Assembly: GCA_951406725.2 (NCBI GenBank)
Contig: OX597814.1
Location: 187,364,001 to 187,428,000 of the forward strand
Direction of reading: 5' to 3'
Origin: Octopus vulgaris
Taxonomy: Eukaryota
DNA length: 64,000 nt
Part shown: one piece after another, positions 50,965-64,000 of the stretch
Layout of the letters: every line of letters begins with the position of its first letter
How positions within the stretch are numbered: position 1 is the stretch's first letter
The notes under the pieces: generated by a model
Database searches by the model: none
What the model saw: the letters and a program-made list of their open reading frames with translations, nothing else
What the model was told of the DNA's origin: nothing
Translations under genes and position numbers: made by a program

Positions 50965-51440
50965 CCTTGCACACGTTCAGTCCCCTACTGGACGAAGGCC
51001 TCAATATGTTCTCTCCACCAACCATGGTCTAATGCTTTCCTAATCCATATTTGGATACTGAAGAATTTAACAAAATCTTCATTCCATTTTTTACATGGTC
51101 TTCTCCCCTTTTTTTTCTGGACATGGTGTCCACTCAGTCAATTTACTATTCCATCTATTGTCCTTTCTTCTAAACACATCCCACAAAAGACCGTTTCAGA
51201 GATTTTATTTCCCCAGATAATATCCATTAAACTTGACACTTATCCTGTTGTTTCTTCACTTATCCATTCTGTTAGTCTTCAGCATTCTCCTTTCCATGGC
51301 TCTTTGTGGTTGATCTCAATTTATTTGCAATGCCCTTGTTTGTATAATCCATGTTTCTGATGAGTGTGTACAAGTAGGCAGCACACATTGGTTCAAAACC
51401 TTTCTTTTCAGAGACATGGGCAAATTATTGTTCATGATGT
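50965..51440 (-). mobile_element. Degenerate RTE-clade LINE 3' end
   Basis: Minus strand shows GRP-like (GAAGACCATG) and GAGGCCTTCGTCCAG (EAFVQ) signatures. Confidence 0.45.
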
Positions 51441-52539
51441 GATTCAATTTACCAAATTGAAAACAATTTACAAATGTACAAATATTAGAAAGAATAAAAG
51501 AATTCTCTGAAAACCTATATCATTCAAGAAGTTTCTCAAACAGTAAATTCAAAGGAAAGGGTCCCAGATATTTTGGAGGCAGAAAGAAGTTAGAGCTTAT
51601 TTTATTTAGTTTGAATTCTGGCCATTATGAGGTACTGGTGCTGAAATTTGTACGGTGTTGATATAAATTACTATAATCAATAGGAAACTTTATGTAGCAT
51701 GAGAAAACAAGGTAAAACAGTTGTTTCTAGACAGTAAGAATACATACAAAGAGGAACAGATATGAGAGATATACCCAAAAGAGAACAAAAGATAAAGTAG
51801 ATTCATGTACAGTAATTAAGAGAGGGATTTAAAAATAAAAAAAAGATAAATAAACAAGATCATGAGTGACTAGTACATAAGAAATACAAGACTATCCCAA
51901 GTGGATAATGTATTTAATTCAAATTCATAGATTGTTTCTGTACAAGGTTTTCAATCAAAGTCACAATATTTATTTAAGTACAACACATACTGTTTTGAAA
52001 CACTAGCACAACCAATAGCAGCCACAGTAGAAGCTGTAGTAAACGAACAGGTTAACAAATGCGCATGACAAGAAAGAAAAATATCAAGTTAAACAGAGTC
52101 GGAGGGGATTTTGACTTTAAAACTTTCAGGATAGAATAAAGAGAGTTTGAAAAGCATAGTGAGATTAGGGTCTAATTTCCAAGGAACAACATTTGGTGAT
52201 AAAAAGGCATAATGTTATCAGGCTTTGTGGTACTGTGGAAGGGAGCATTTGAAGAATAAGGCAGCTGAAGAAATTGAGCAAGCATATTATCAAAGGCATT
52301 CCAACCATAACAATTGCATCTTTTTAAACTGAACAGCAACAGGTTGATAGAGAGAAGAGACACTCGAGCAAAGGGGTTCCAAAACACCTCAAATAGTTTT
52401 GGTGAGGAATTTAGAGGAGAACCAGTGAAAATGTCAAGCAGATCAGATAAGTTTAAATGGTAATATCATAAATATGGAAATATTAAGAGGAATAGAGGAT
52501 ACTATAGTAGTGGTAATGATACAGTGTTCCCATATTTAA

Positions 52540-53102
52540 CCCTTTGGCAATTAAACCAGCCATGTCCAGTTCAAATATTCTACCTGTTTTATGTTCAAAC
52601 CAGCCAGGTCTAGCTTCTCACATCTACCCTACAATGTCATTCTATAAATGATCACATCATTGAAATCTTGAAACTACAAGATAATGGATTCAAAACAATG
52701 TGAATAAATATAGGCGCAAAAGTGGCTGTGTGGTAAGTAGCCTGCTTACCAACCACATGGTTCCGGGTTCATTCCCACTGTGTGGCACCTTGGGCACTAC
52801 TATAGCCTTGGGCCGACCAAAGCCTTGTAAGTGATATATATGCATATGTATGTGTGTGTATATGTTTGCGTGTCTTTGTTTATTCCCCAACATTGCTTGA
52901 CAACCGATGGTGGTGTGTTTACGTCCCCATAACTTAGCAGTTTGGCAAAAGAGATCAATAGAATAAGTACTAGGCTTCCAAAGAATAAGTCCTGGGGTCA
53001 ATTTGCTTGACTAAAGGCGGTGCTCCAGCATGGCTGCAGTCAAATGAGTGAAACAAGTAAAAGAGTAAAAGTAAATAAGCATTACATTTGACAAAGTAAT
53101 CT
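52540..53102. mobile_element. piggyBac-like MITE family 1, interrupted by a tRNA-derived SINE (52712-53072)
   Basis: Starts TTAA|CCCTTTGGCAAT. The body resumes TAAATAAGCATTACATTTGAC after the SINE. Confidence 0.6.
52712..53072 (+). mobile_element. SINE family A
   Basis: Head GGCGCAAAAGTGGCTGTGTGGTAAG, tail GTAAAAGAGTAAAAG. Confidence 0.8.
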
Positions 53103-54785
53103 GGGGAAGAACTTCTCTAAATTATCAGTATTTTTCCTGAATGCTGTTTAAAGTATGTGTATTATTTACATATCTTCTCAGAGTTAATGCTCACACTTCA
53201 AATCTTTCATTTGAAATTAATAAGGACTTTTTTAGATTGGCACAAGATCACAAATTTGTAGGAGAAGTGAATAGTCAGTTGTACCTGAGTACATGACTGG
53301 TACTTATTTTATAGACTCAAGAGAGGTGAGAGGCAGAGTCGATCTCAAAAGGATTTGAACATAGAGATGGATCCAAACACTCTAAATTACTTGGTCAGAT
53401 AGTCTGCCAGTTCTCCAAATATAATGCTTTAATTTAAGATTAATAATAATGCTGATTAATTAAGTCAATAAACACTGGGTCCATAAGTTCAGTTTCAGAC
53501 CTTCATACAAATAAATGCTGCTTGTATTTTCAAAGAGGAACAATTATTATATAATTTGCTTCAGTTAATGATGTCCAAAAACTGGGTGCTAGTTCAACTT
53601 CATTATAGAATGGCTGGAACACATAAGATATCCCTTTTTTTTTCCATATAAACAATTATGAACAATAATATCTTTGGATACAACAGAGTAGTTAAATAGG
53701 TTAATCAGCAATTAATTTGAAACACATGCTTCAAAAATATTGCCTGATTAAATTTGTAGACATAAAATTTGAGGAAAAAAAAATATATCAGCTGACATTA
53801 CTGTAGAATTATGTCAAATGTTTGCATAAACTATTTTGGAATGCTTTTCAGAAATTTGAAAGATTGAAAAATATAGTTGATTATATTAAGATTATGACAG
53901 TTATATATCAATTTATGTCGTGGTCAGACATGAACAATGTTTGTTACCTAGAGTGATCCATATATAATTGGTAATTGTTCTGCCAATTGACAGATTTCAA
54001 TTACTAAATGTGCTGCTAGTGGTAGTAATGATTAAGGGTAACAAAATCAAACAGGTGTAGAAGAAGTAGGATCTGAGTTGGAGGAAAAAGAAAAAAGAGA
54101 TCAGGGGTACTAGGAATATTAAGGGATGCATTGGGATGGAGAAAGAAAGAACACATTGAATATCATTAAGGAAGATGAATATTTTCTATTCTGCACTGAT
54201 GGGATTCGTCTTAGGAGAAATAAACATAGAAGTACAATTACCTAGAGTGTGAAAGGTTTGATATGTTGTTAAGGTTTTATATAAGAACTGAAGCAATGAA
54301 AGAGTTGATGTTGCGTAAATGTTATTCTATTTTATCCTTCTGAAAATTGATTGAAGTTGAAGTATTTGACTGTTCAATGCCATCCATGACAGACAAGTCT
54401 GTGAGCTAGTTATGGTTGAACTGGGAAGTGGTCTATGCTCTTGAGAATGGTTTGAGTGTCATATATTCTCCTTCCTTTTTGTAATAAGTTTGTGGCTCTG
54501 TGACTCAAGAAATCGTTATGATTAATATAGAAAAATTATAAAGAAATATTAAGTTTCTCTAAGTATTCTAAACAAAATTTCTGGCCAAATAAACAGGATT
54601 TTTACAGAATGCAGCAGATGTAAAAATAATGAATTCTCGTTTTTATATACTGGCACAAGGACACATATTTTAGGTTAGTGCGGTTATATAAATGAATTCC
54701 AGAACTTGATTAGTACTTATACCAACAAATTTGAGAATTTGCAGTAGAATTTCAATTCCAATTATAAAGTTATTTAAGTAAATAT

Positions 54786-55175
54786 TGATTTCAAATTTTA
54801 GCACAAAATGGTAGTTTTGAGGGAGGAGCTAAGTCGATTGCATCAACCCCAGTGCTTAAATGGTACTGATTTTTATCAACCCTGAAATAATAAAGGGCAA
54901 AGTCAATCTTGGCAGCATTTGAACTCAGAATGTAAAGTCAGAAGAAATCCTGCTAGGCATTTTACGCACAAGGCACAAGGCCAGCAACTTCAGGGGCAAG
55001 CATAAGTCAATTACAGCCGTTCCAGTGCTAAACTGGTACTTATTTTAATGACTCCAAAACGATGAAAGGCAAAGTCAACCTTGACGGAATTTGATCTCAG
55101 AATGTAAAAGACCGAATAAACTGCTGCTAAGCATTTTGCCCAGCATGGTAATGCTTCTGCCAGCTCAGTGCCTTA
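54786..55175 (-). mobile_element. Two tandem family B SINE copies
   Basis: Same core motifs. Other single degenerate copies at about 462-612, 1185-1320 and 60258-60460. Confidence 0.7.
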
Positions 55176-57114
55176 TGCAAATAAATATTACAAAGCATAA
55201 TGTAAAGCATTCTAATGACTGCCAGTCTACTTGCCCTTAGATATAATAAATTTTAACCTTTTTCTATTGCTACACACTGTTTTAATGTGCCCAAATCAAA
55301 TAACACCTTTCAATAAAACAGTACTTATTATAGTTAAATGTGTGAATTTTGATCTTCATAAATACAACTGCAGCAATTACTATTGTCCAACCGATGTCAG
55401 CAGTCCAACCCATGCCGACATGGAAAACAGACGTTAAATGATGATGGTGACGATGAAAATGATTATAATTACCAAATATGTTACGATAGATAGTAAAAAA
55501 GAAAATGGTTATTTTTATTAGTATCAACATCTTTGTCATCTCAATTATAATGATTTTAGTCGGGCTTTATTATGTGGGAGGTATTTAGTCATATGGATAT
55601 ATATATTTTTTTAATAGTTACTCATTCAAACAGTACCTTATTACATATCACTTGCATTTACTGGCAAATAATGATTGTCTTTCACTAATGGCAAACAATT
55701 TAGAAGAAACTTTTCATAAATATATAAAAACTATATATCTATGTATGTCACAATATCTGAGCAACAATTTGTGGTTACACTGATTTACTTCAACAGAGAG
55801 AGAGGGAAGAGAAACAGAGAGAGAGAGAGAACTTGTCTAGAACATAACATTGTTTTGACCTGTTTTTGGTCTACTTTTTATACGACACTCTTTGCTTCAA
55901 TATGGAAGCCTTTTTCTGAAGTAATTAATATCAACAGACTGTAAACATATTTAAAGACAGCTTGAAATAGTGGGAATAAATCTTCAGCCAATTAATATTT
56001 AGCATTTAACAATGCTATATTCATTATATATTCATTACGTAAATGATTAACTGACTAAACGACTTGAGCACATCAGTATGAATGTGTTTACAAACATACA
56101 CACACATATATATATGTACACATATACACAAATGCATACTCAGACAGACAAACACATATACACACACACACTTAACATTCATACACATGTGCAATTCTTT
56201 TTGAATGAAATAAGAGAGAGAGAGAGCTGATGGTGGTGGTGGTGGAGGGGAAATAAATGGAAGGGAACATACATATTTTCACTTAGGAGGGAAAGATGCA
56301 ACACTTGACCTAATGGATTGATACAATATAGGTCAGCTAAGTATAACTCAGACTGAGTTCACTACAGAATCAGATTAGTTTCTCTTGCTAAAGATTAACA
56401 CTATATTAATTTCTGAACTATGGATTAACATACATAAGAGAATTATGCATTGTTACATTATGAGAAGTTTTTTGTTGTTGTTGTTGTTGTTGTTTTTTAA
56501 TAGTAAACAATATAGGAAAAGAATTATGTATATGAAAGTTTTTTTGTTTTTTTTTAAATTTTTATCTAGTTTCAGCTCACAAGCTGTGGCCATGCTGCAG
56601 CACCGCCATTTGTTAGATTTTTTTTTTTCTACATTTACATTTTTTTTTATCATAGGTTTTAAGCAAAGGTTTGATAGTTCAACAAATTTCAAGGTTTACT
56701 TTGAATTACTAGAGTAAGTTCACCTAACATTATATATCTGTACATTTGACATGATTAATTAATCACAAGCATAGCATAAATTAACTGGATTATTAACTTC
56801 TTTCATATAGTTCACATAGACACAACATTTTAATTGGCATACACAATTGTTTTCAGACCTCACATTTACATCAGTCACACACACATCCCCATGTTACAGT
56901 CACCTCAGGTTACATGATTTAGCGCTTATGGGAGTTGTAAAAGTATGACCCACTTATTTTGGGGATACAGTGTGTAATTTCATTCTTATGGAAATAAGGA
57001 TAAATTTAGAGAATCTAAAAACGACATGTTCATCTTGGCATTTTGACTAAGACCAAAGTGGTTAACAATTTCAAAAGCTAGGATCATGATGCCTTCATAA
57101 ACATACATACGCAT

Positions 57115-57480
57115 AGACAGGTGTAGTATGTGGTAAGAAGTTTTCTTCTCAACCACATGTTTAGGGTCCCACTGCATGGCCCCTTGGGCAAGTGTCTTCT
57201 ATAGCCTCAGGCCAACCAAAACCTTGTGAGTGGACTTGGTTCACAGAAACTGAAAGAAGCCTATTGTGTGTGTGTGTGTGTGTGTGTGACCACCACTTGA
57301 CAACCGGTGCTGGTTTGTTTATGGCCCCGTAACCTAGTAGTATGGCAAAACACACCTATAGAATAAGTAATCAGGCTTTACAATAATAAGTACTGGAGTC
57401 GATTCATTCGACTAAAGTTCTTTTAGATGGTGCCCCAGTATGACCACAATCTAATAACTGAAAGAAGTCAAAGGTAAAAG
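57115..57480 (+). mobile_element. SINE family A (diverged)
   Basis: Matches the family A head, microsatellite and tail. Confidence 0.7.
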
Positions 57481-57677
57481 ATATATATGTAATGTGTGAT
57501 GGTGTGTGTGTGTGGGAAGTGGGTGTTTTTTTTGTGAATGTGTCATTATTTACACTGACCTCAGTACTTGACTTGTACTTTATTTATCAGCCTTGAAAAG
57601 ATGAAAGGCAAAGTTGACCTTAACAGGATTGGAACTTGGGACATGAGATATTTTTCCTAACGCTCTTAGTTTGCCAA

Positions 57678-57733
<56 letters not shown>

Positions 57734-58450
57734 CAAATCAAAATTGGTGATGTGGCTGATGACAGTTCCGCCTGATTGGCACTCATGCCAGTGGAACATT
57801 AAAAGCACATCCGAACGTGATCATTTCCAGGGCCACGGATTGGCTCCCAAGCCGATGGCACATAAAAAGCACCATCCGAGTGCCACATTAAAAGCACCGA
57901 GTACACACAGTAAAGTGATTGGTGTTAGTAAGGGTATCCAGTGGTAGGAACCAAGCCAAATCAGACTGGTACCTGATGGCAGTTCTCCAGCTTACCAACT
58001 CTGCTCAAATCGTCCAACCCATGCCAGCATGGAAAACATACATTAAAGGATGACAATGATGGTGGTGGTGGTGGCTTATATATACAAATATATATGTGTG
58101 TGCATGTGCACAGGCACACACCATTGGAACAGGACTGTACTCTCACAATAATTTATAATAAGCAGCTGGTTCAATGGTTTCACTAATTCATATAAAAAAA
58201 AGATTGATTTCATGCCCTATTAAACAGATTCTGAGTTAGTCTTTGTTAGTCTGTTGTTTACGCCAACAACACTGTTGTAGGGATTGGAGAAATTCACAAT
58301 ACGGTGCACAATGTCCCACTTCCTTCAATTCTATTAGACCTGTCTGTTTGGTTGCAGTGTGTTTGTCCACCCATCAATGCTTGCTAATAACTGCTGTTGG
58401 TATGTTTGTGTTCATGTAACTTAGTGGTTCAACAAAAGAGACCAATAGAA

Positions 58451-58867
58451 TACTCTTTTACTTGTTTCAGTCATGTGACTTTGGCCATGCTGGAGCACCA
58501 CCTTTAGTCGAGCAAATCGACCCCAGGACTTATTCTTTGTAAGCCTAGTACTTAAGCTATTGGTCTTTTTTTGCCGAACCACTAAGTTACGGGGACGTAA
58601 ACACACCAGCATCGGTTCTCAAGCGATGTTGGGGGGACAAACACAGACACACAAACATATACATACACACACACACACATATATATATATATACACACAC
58701 ACACGAAGGGCTTCTTTCAGTTTCCGTCTCCCAAATCCACTCACAAGGCTTTGGTCGGCCTGAGGCTATAGTAGAAAACACATGCCCAAGGTTCCACGCA
58801 GTGGGACTGAACCCTGGAACCATGTGGTTGGTAAGCAAGCTACCTACCACACAGCCACTCCTGCGCC
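58451..58867 (-). mobile_element. Young SINE family A copy inserted antisense into an older family A copy (about 58365-58990)
   Basis: The host SINE breaks at ...GACCAATAGAA and resumes ATAAGTACCAGGC. Confidence 0.8.
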
Positions 58868-59466
58868 TATAAGTACCAGGCATAAAAAATTTAAGTACTA
58901 GGGTTGACTTATTCAACTAAACCCCTGCAGGCAGAAGAACCTCCAACATGGCTGCAGTCTAATGACTCAAACAAGTAAAAGATAAAAGATATATATATAT
59001 TTATATGAGAGAGAAAGAGAGAGCAAGAAAAATAAAGGAGGGGTTACTTCTTCTCACTGCTTATCATAGAAAATATGTCCCTAAACATCTCAATTTTTGT
59101 CTCTTGTTTTTAATAACTATTTTACTTTTATGACAGACACCATAGATTATATACGGTTTGGTAACATTTTGGATAAAAGGTGAATAACCAACCATGCTAC
59201 CACCAGCCACTTCAGTATGAAGAGTAGCCAGTACTCAGCTTTACAAAGCTTAAATGAGGTAAGTGCTACTGTCAAGATATCTACTACTCACAAGTAATTT
59301 TCACACAGTGCTTGATAAGCAAAACAATGTCTGAAAAATTATGAAACTGGGTGGTAATTGACAACAAGTAGCCACTAGTTGTATTATATAAGTTTGTCAC
59401 CTATAAATGTGCTACTTCATAAAAGTGCACCAGACTGCAAGACAATGCCAGCCTATATATAAATAT

Positions 59467-59497
<31 letters not shown>

Positions 59498-59619
59498 CAT
59501 ATACATACATGCATGCTCACATTCTCATACACACACATATAAATAATATCACTGACTTAAGCATAACTGTATATAACAACCTAAACTCAAGTGCACACAT
59601 TAGTAAAGTAATAAAGCTG

Positions 59620-60220
59620 CTATAACCCACTGAATATACTCATGGATCATTAGAACTTTCCAATTAAGAGATCCTGATGATAGCATCCTTCTATTCTCTG
59701 TTTGCTAGGCCTCATCCTGAATACTGCTGCCTTTGGTCTCCCAATACAAAACAAACTATAATGGAAATTGGAACACTCTAAGGGTTAGTCACAAGAACAA
59801 AAAAACTCACATCACAAGCCTTGATTAGTGAGATTAATCAAAAAGGGATCAAACCCTATTCTTTTCAACACTGCAATGAGCATTACATGATTTGTATGAT
59901 GTAGAAAATATTCCATCAACATTGCCTAAATGATGCCTGTATCAAGTTTACAAGTTACTGAAGGCTAGGGTCCCATGCCACATGCTCCCCCTACAAAAAT
60001 TGAGCTCACATGACTTAACAACATTGCAGTATAATTTGTTTACTTCGCCTGGTCCTGATTTTATTCAGCATTACACCAAAAATGAACTCAAAAAAAGAAA
60101 GCCACTCCCTAACATTCAAGTGCTATCTGGACAAATTCCTCCAAGAAATACACTGATACCTGAATATATTTTGAGAAAGATCTCTCTACTCAAGTGGTTA
60201 TAGTGTCCTAAAACATCACT
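59620..60220 (+). mobile_element. Highly degenerate CR1-clade LINE ORF2 C-terminal fragment
   Basis: 59701-59742 translates FARPHPEYCCLWSP, matching the RPHLEYCxxxWSP motif after the CR1 RT domain. Many stops and frameshifts. Confidence 0.6.
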
Positions 60221-60519
60221 TAAAAGTCTACTCCAGGTGGTACTATTAAGTTAATAATGATTTCAAATTTTGGTACAAGGCCAGCAATTTCTGGGGGAGG
60301 GGATAAGTCGATTACATTGATCCCCAGTGTTCAACAGGTACTTATTTTATTGACTCTTAAAGGATGAAAGGCAAAGTTGACCTTGGTAGTATTTGAACTC
60401 AGAACACAAAGCAATTTTTTTCTTGACACAGTAATAATTCCACCAGTTTGCTTCCTTGTATTAAGCTAATAATGACCAAAAGCTAAATTTGTATGTGTGT
60501 GTAAAGGGGAATCATTTAG

Positions 60520-60730
60520 ATAGAATCCGGTTGTACATATTCAAAGAATCAGTGAAAACAAGTGGATGCAAACTGGATTTGGAGAAACCCCAAGAGAAAC
60601 AAAGGATGATAATGAACAAAGTGAGGGAAAGAAAAGGATAGATTCGATAAAAATTGGAGACTGGAAAACCCAGAACCTAAAGTTATGTACAAATGATAAA
60701 AAGGCCTTTATCCAGCAGTGGAAAACAACG
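60520..60730 (+). mobile_element. Degenerate RTE-clade LINE 3' end
   Basis: HIQRISENKW... and a terminal KAFIQQW resembling the EAF/YVQQW end of RTE ORFs. Confidence 0.5.
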
Positions 60731-60926
60731 GACGCTTTGATTGAGGCATGCATTTACGCACATATGCACACTCACATACATGCAGTTTCAATACATTAAC
60801 ACATTGTCTTTTCTAGCCCCAACTTAACTTCTCATTTTAGGAAGTTTATCAAAATCTACATTCAGACATTGTGTTTTATATTTATCCAGAAAAAGAAATT
60901 TGGACCGGACAGAATATAATTTATAG

Positions 60927-61250
60927 ATGCAGGCATGGCTGTGTGTTAAGAAATACCTTGGGCAAGTGTCTTCTACTATGACCTTGGCCAACCAAAAGCT
61001 TGCGAGTAGATTTGGTAGGTGGAAACTGAAAGAAGCCCATTGTGTGTGTGTGCACATATGTCTTTGTATCTGTGTTTGTCCCCACCACTGCTTGACATCT
61101 GGTGGTGTGTTTACATCCCCATAACTTAGTGGTTCAACAATAAATACCAGGCTTAAAAAAAAAAGTACTGGAGTCAATTCATTTGATTAAAATTCTTCGA
61201 GGCAGTGCCCCAGCATGGCCACAGTCTAATTGACTGAAACAAGTAAAAGG
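60927..61250 (+). mobile_element. SINE family A (diverged)
   Basis: Matches family A. Confidence 0.7.
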
Positions 61251-61681
61251 TAAACAATGAAAGATAAAAGATTATAAAATGTTCTGTTAACATAATTGGA
61301 AAATATTGCCATTATTTGATATTTTTACTTTAAAAAAAAAAGTGTTAAAAATTTAGTGTTTTTCAAAAGCTAGCATGAGTGTCTGGTTTCAGAAATATAT
61401 CTATCATATTAAAAAGATTGCTTTTCATATATATGAACGCTAAAGATAAATATGTTTGTGTAAATAAAGATTACATTAACTCTGACATACACACACACAC
61501 ACACTTTATTTCTAGATATATATACAAACATGATTTGATTTTAAGGTTTCAAATTGCATAGGTGCATGTATATGTGTGAGTAACTGTGTATGTGTGTGTG
61601 CACGCACATACAGAATGATACCAAATAATCAAGGCGTCTCTATTAATCATCAATCATAGACTCTCGAGTCATTCCACTTAA

Positions 61682-62330
61682 CCCTTTAGAATTTAAACCG
61701 GTCGTATCCGGCCCAAATATTCTGCCTGTTCTATGTTTAAGCAAGCCAAATCAAGCCTCTCACACTTACCCTGCAAAGTCATTATAAAAATAAACAATTG
61801 TGTGATCAAAATCTTTAAGTGACAATACAATGTATATTTTAAAACAATGAGGGATCTTTTCGGTTTGAACGGCAGTTTTTAACATAATTTCTAGGTAACT
61901 AAAAAAATTTTAAACTTCGTATACTGGTAGAATGTGTTTATAAAACATTTTTTTCTCTTGGCTTTATTGATAAAATTTTATAGTTTGTAAGATATTTGTT
62001 GTTGTTTTTCTTCAATTTCTGCAATTTCAACCAATCACTGACGTCTATTGAGGTAAAAACATTCTGTGCCGTATGAATATGTCCCTTGTTTAAGAAACAG
62101 ATTGCGTTTATTTACATTTGTGAAGAAAAAAAGATACCATTCCCCCCAGCCCTAACTCTAACTAACCCTAACCCTAAAACAGATAGAAATGCAATAGATC
62201 GATACTAGGGTCATAATTATGGGTGACAATTTCATATGACACCGCTAGAAAAAACTGCCGTTCAAACGAAAAGATCCACAATGTGAATAAATAAGCATTA
62301 CATTTGACAGAGTAATCTGAATGTAAAAGG
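61682..62330. mobile_element. piggyBac-like MITE family 1, interrupted by the TTAGGG MITE
   Basis: TTAA|CCCTTTAGAATT ... AATGTAAAAGGA|TTAA. The body matches 895-1070 on both sides of the nested insertion. Confidence 0.65.
61852..62277 (-). mobile_element. Second, inverted copy of the TTAGGG-containing MITE, nested in a piggyBac-like MITE
   Basis: Same TIRs. Internal sequence is the reverse complement of 38657-39078, with CCCTAA repeats at about 62150-62176. 8-bp TSD ACAATGAG/ACAATGTG. Confidence 0.85.
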
Positions 62331-62908
62331 ATTAAAATTAAAGCTTTAGTTTTTTGGAGAAAAAAAAAAATAATAATAATAACTTCTACATTTATACCCA
62401 AAGAAAAATGGGATAAACCATTAGTGTTGACCTACTTAAAATATTTATCAGCTGATTAAACTTTTGCTTTTGTCAATAAAGACATATATGGTAGGTCATA
62501 CTGATATATTTGCTTAATTGGGTACATGTCAATTATTTATCTTCTTTCTTTTTTCCTTTCTCTTCTAATATATTCCACTTTTGTGTCAGAGAAAACTATA
62601 AGTTCATAGTATACGCAATACCATTCACAGGTTTTAAAAAATGGATTTCGCAAACTTACTGCTTAATTGAGAGATAACAAATTTTATTCAACCGATCAAA
62701 CATGTAAAATAAATTTCCTCTCCTGTTACATATGCAGTACAAACAGAACAGTAATTCACAATTAAGAGGACAGCATTTTGTTTTGTTTTTGTTTTTTAAA
62801 TATTCTTTCTGAAAAGCCATGATCTGGCTTTTGTAAATTTGGTATAGCAAACCACAAAGAAGATTATTTGACAATTTTTACAACTTAGATTCATTTCCAA
62901 ACACATGC

Positions 62909-63100
62909 AGGTGGCACGTAAAAAGCACCCACTACACTCGTGGGGTGGTTGGCGTTAGGAAGGGCATCCAGCTGTAGAAACTCTGCCAGATCAGACTGGA
63001 GCCTGGTGCAGCCCCTGGCTTCCCAGACCCTGGTCGAACCGTCCAACCCATGCTAGCGCAGAAAACGGACGTTAAACGATGATGATGATGATGATGATGA
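62909..63100 (+). mobile_element. SINE family C (Meta-domain-like core, (GAT)n tail)
   Basis: GGTTGGCGTTAGGAAGGGCATCCAGCTGTAGAAA ... CCAACCCATGCTAGC..AAAACGGACGTTAAAC(GAT)n. The domain name is from recall, not alignment. Confidence 0.75.
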
Positions 63101-64000
63101 TAGAAACTAAATTACCAAGGAAAGTATTTCGGGAGAAAAAAGCCACATCATCATCATATTTTTACAACCATGCTGATATGGGTTACACTGGTCTCACAGC
63201 ATCTTATCATTTGTTGCATTTCTTCCTCACCTGGCATAAACAGATGAAACCAACTATTTATGTTGTTTCTTATATGCTGTGTGTGTTTTTGTGCATGGGT
63301 ACACACACACACATATGCATATATAAATATACACACATTTCTTTGTTTATTCATTTAACACCTGTTTTCTCAAGCTATCATAAGCTGGATGAAGACTTAT
63401 CATTGAGACACTGTTTTACAACTGGATGCCCTTCCTAACCCTTACTGCTTTTCAAATAAAGAATGTTTTTTTCGCTTTTTTTTTTTAAAATTCCACTTCC
63501 CTTCAAAAGCACAGAGTTATGAGGTAATTTCTTAACAGAAAACATCAATATAAAGTCCTTGCCTGAGTAGTTTCATGTAAAGATAGTATACAAGCATTCA
63601 TTTAGACACAAACAAGTGCACATGCACATGTGCACACAGACACACACACAACCTTCTACACAGTTTCTGCCTATCAATTCTACTCAATTTTACAAGGCAT
63701 TAAATGGCCTAAGTCTCCATTAGAAAACCACTGCCCTGAGTGCTATACAGTGTGACAAGAAGTCAGAACCAGCAGGGAGCCATGCCTGTACATTTGTACC
63801 CAAGTATCTGTATCTATCTATGTATCTATCATCAACAGTGCTGCCTTAACGTCCACTTTTTCTGTGGTTGCATGAGCAAGACAGAATTTGTTGAGGTAGA
63901 TTTCCTATAGCTACATTATGCCCTTCCTGTTGCCAACCTGCACCTGCTTCCTAACAAGGTCATAACTTCCCTATGATCTGGAATATTTTCATAAGAGATT

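Overview
AT-rich, microsatellite- and SINE-dense eukaryotic genomic DNA. The repeat families resemble those I recognise from Octopus (coleoid cephalopod) genomes; this assignment is an inference. I find no recognisable host protein-coding exon: nearly all listed ORFs come from microsatellites or repeats. The only clear protein signatures are retrotransposon remnants (a Tx1/L1-clade ORF2 C-terminus at 22.9-23.8 kb, plus degenerate CR1 and RTE pieces). A repeat-poor, CpG-retaining block at about 15-22 kb looks like a promoter region for a minus-strand transcript. Its candidate exons (ending at 17283, 8827-8602 and 2487-2293) would splice into a leader packed with uORFs, ahead of a possible MGCG- start. 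The most unusual structure is a ~130-bp, ~94%-identical inverted duplication that begins at +7 of a candidate intron. It is interleaved with an inverted SINE pair, giving competing dsRNA helices and a possible ADAR substrate. Nearby are templated insertions. Other notable elements: a Merlin-like MITE carrying TTAGGG repeats (2 copies), a Helitron-like element with an extended terminal hairpin, a Tc2/pogo-like MITE, piggyBac-like MITEs, and a SINE tail homologous to the Tx1-like LINE 3' end. All exon and gene calls are predictions from splice signals only.
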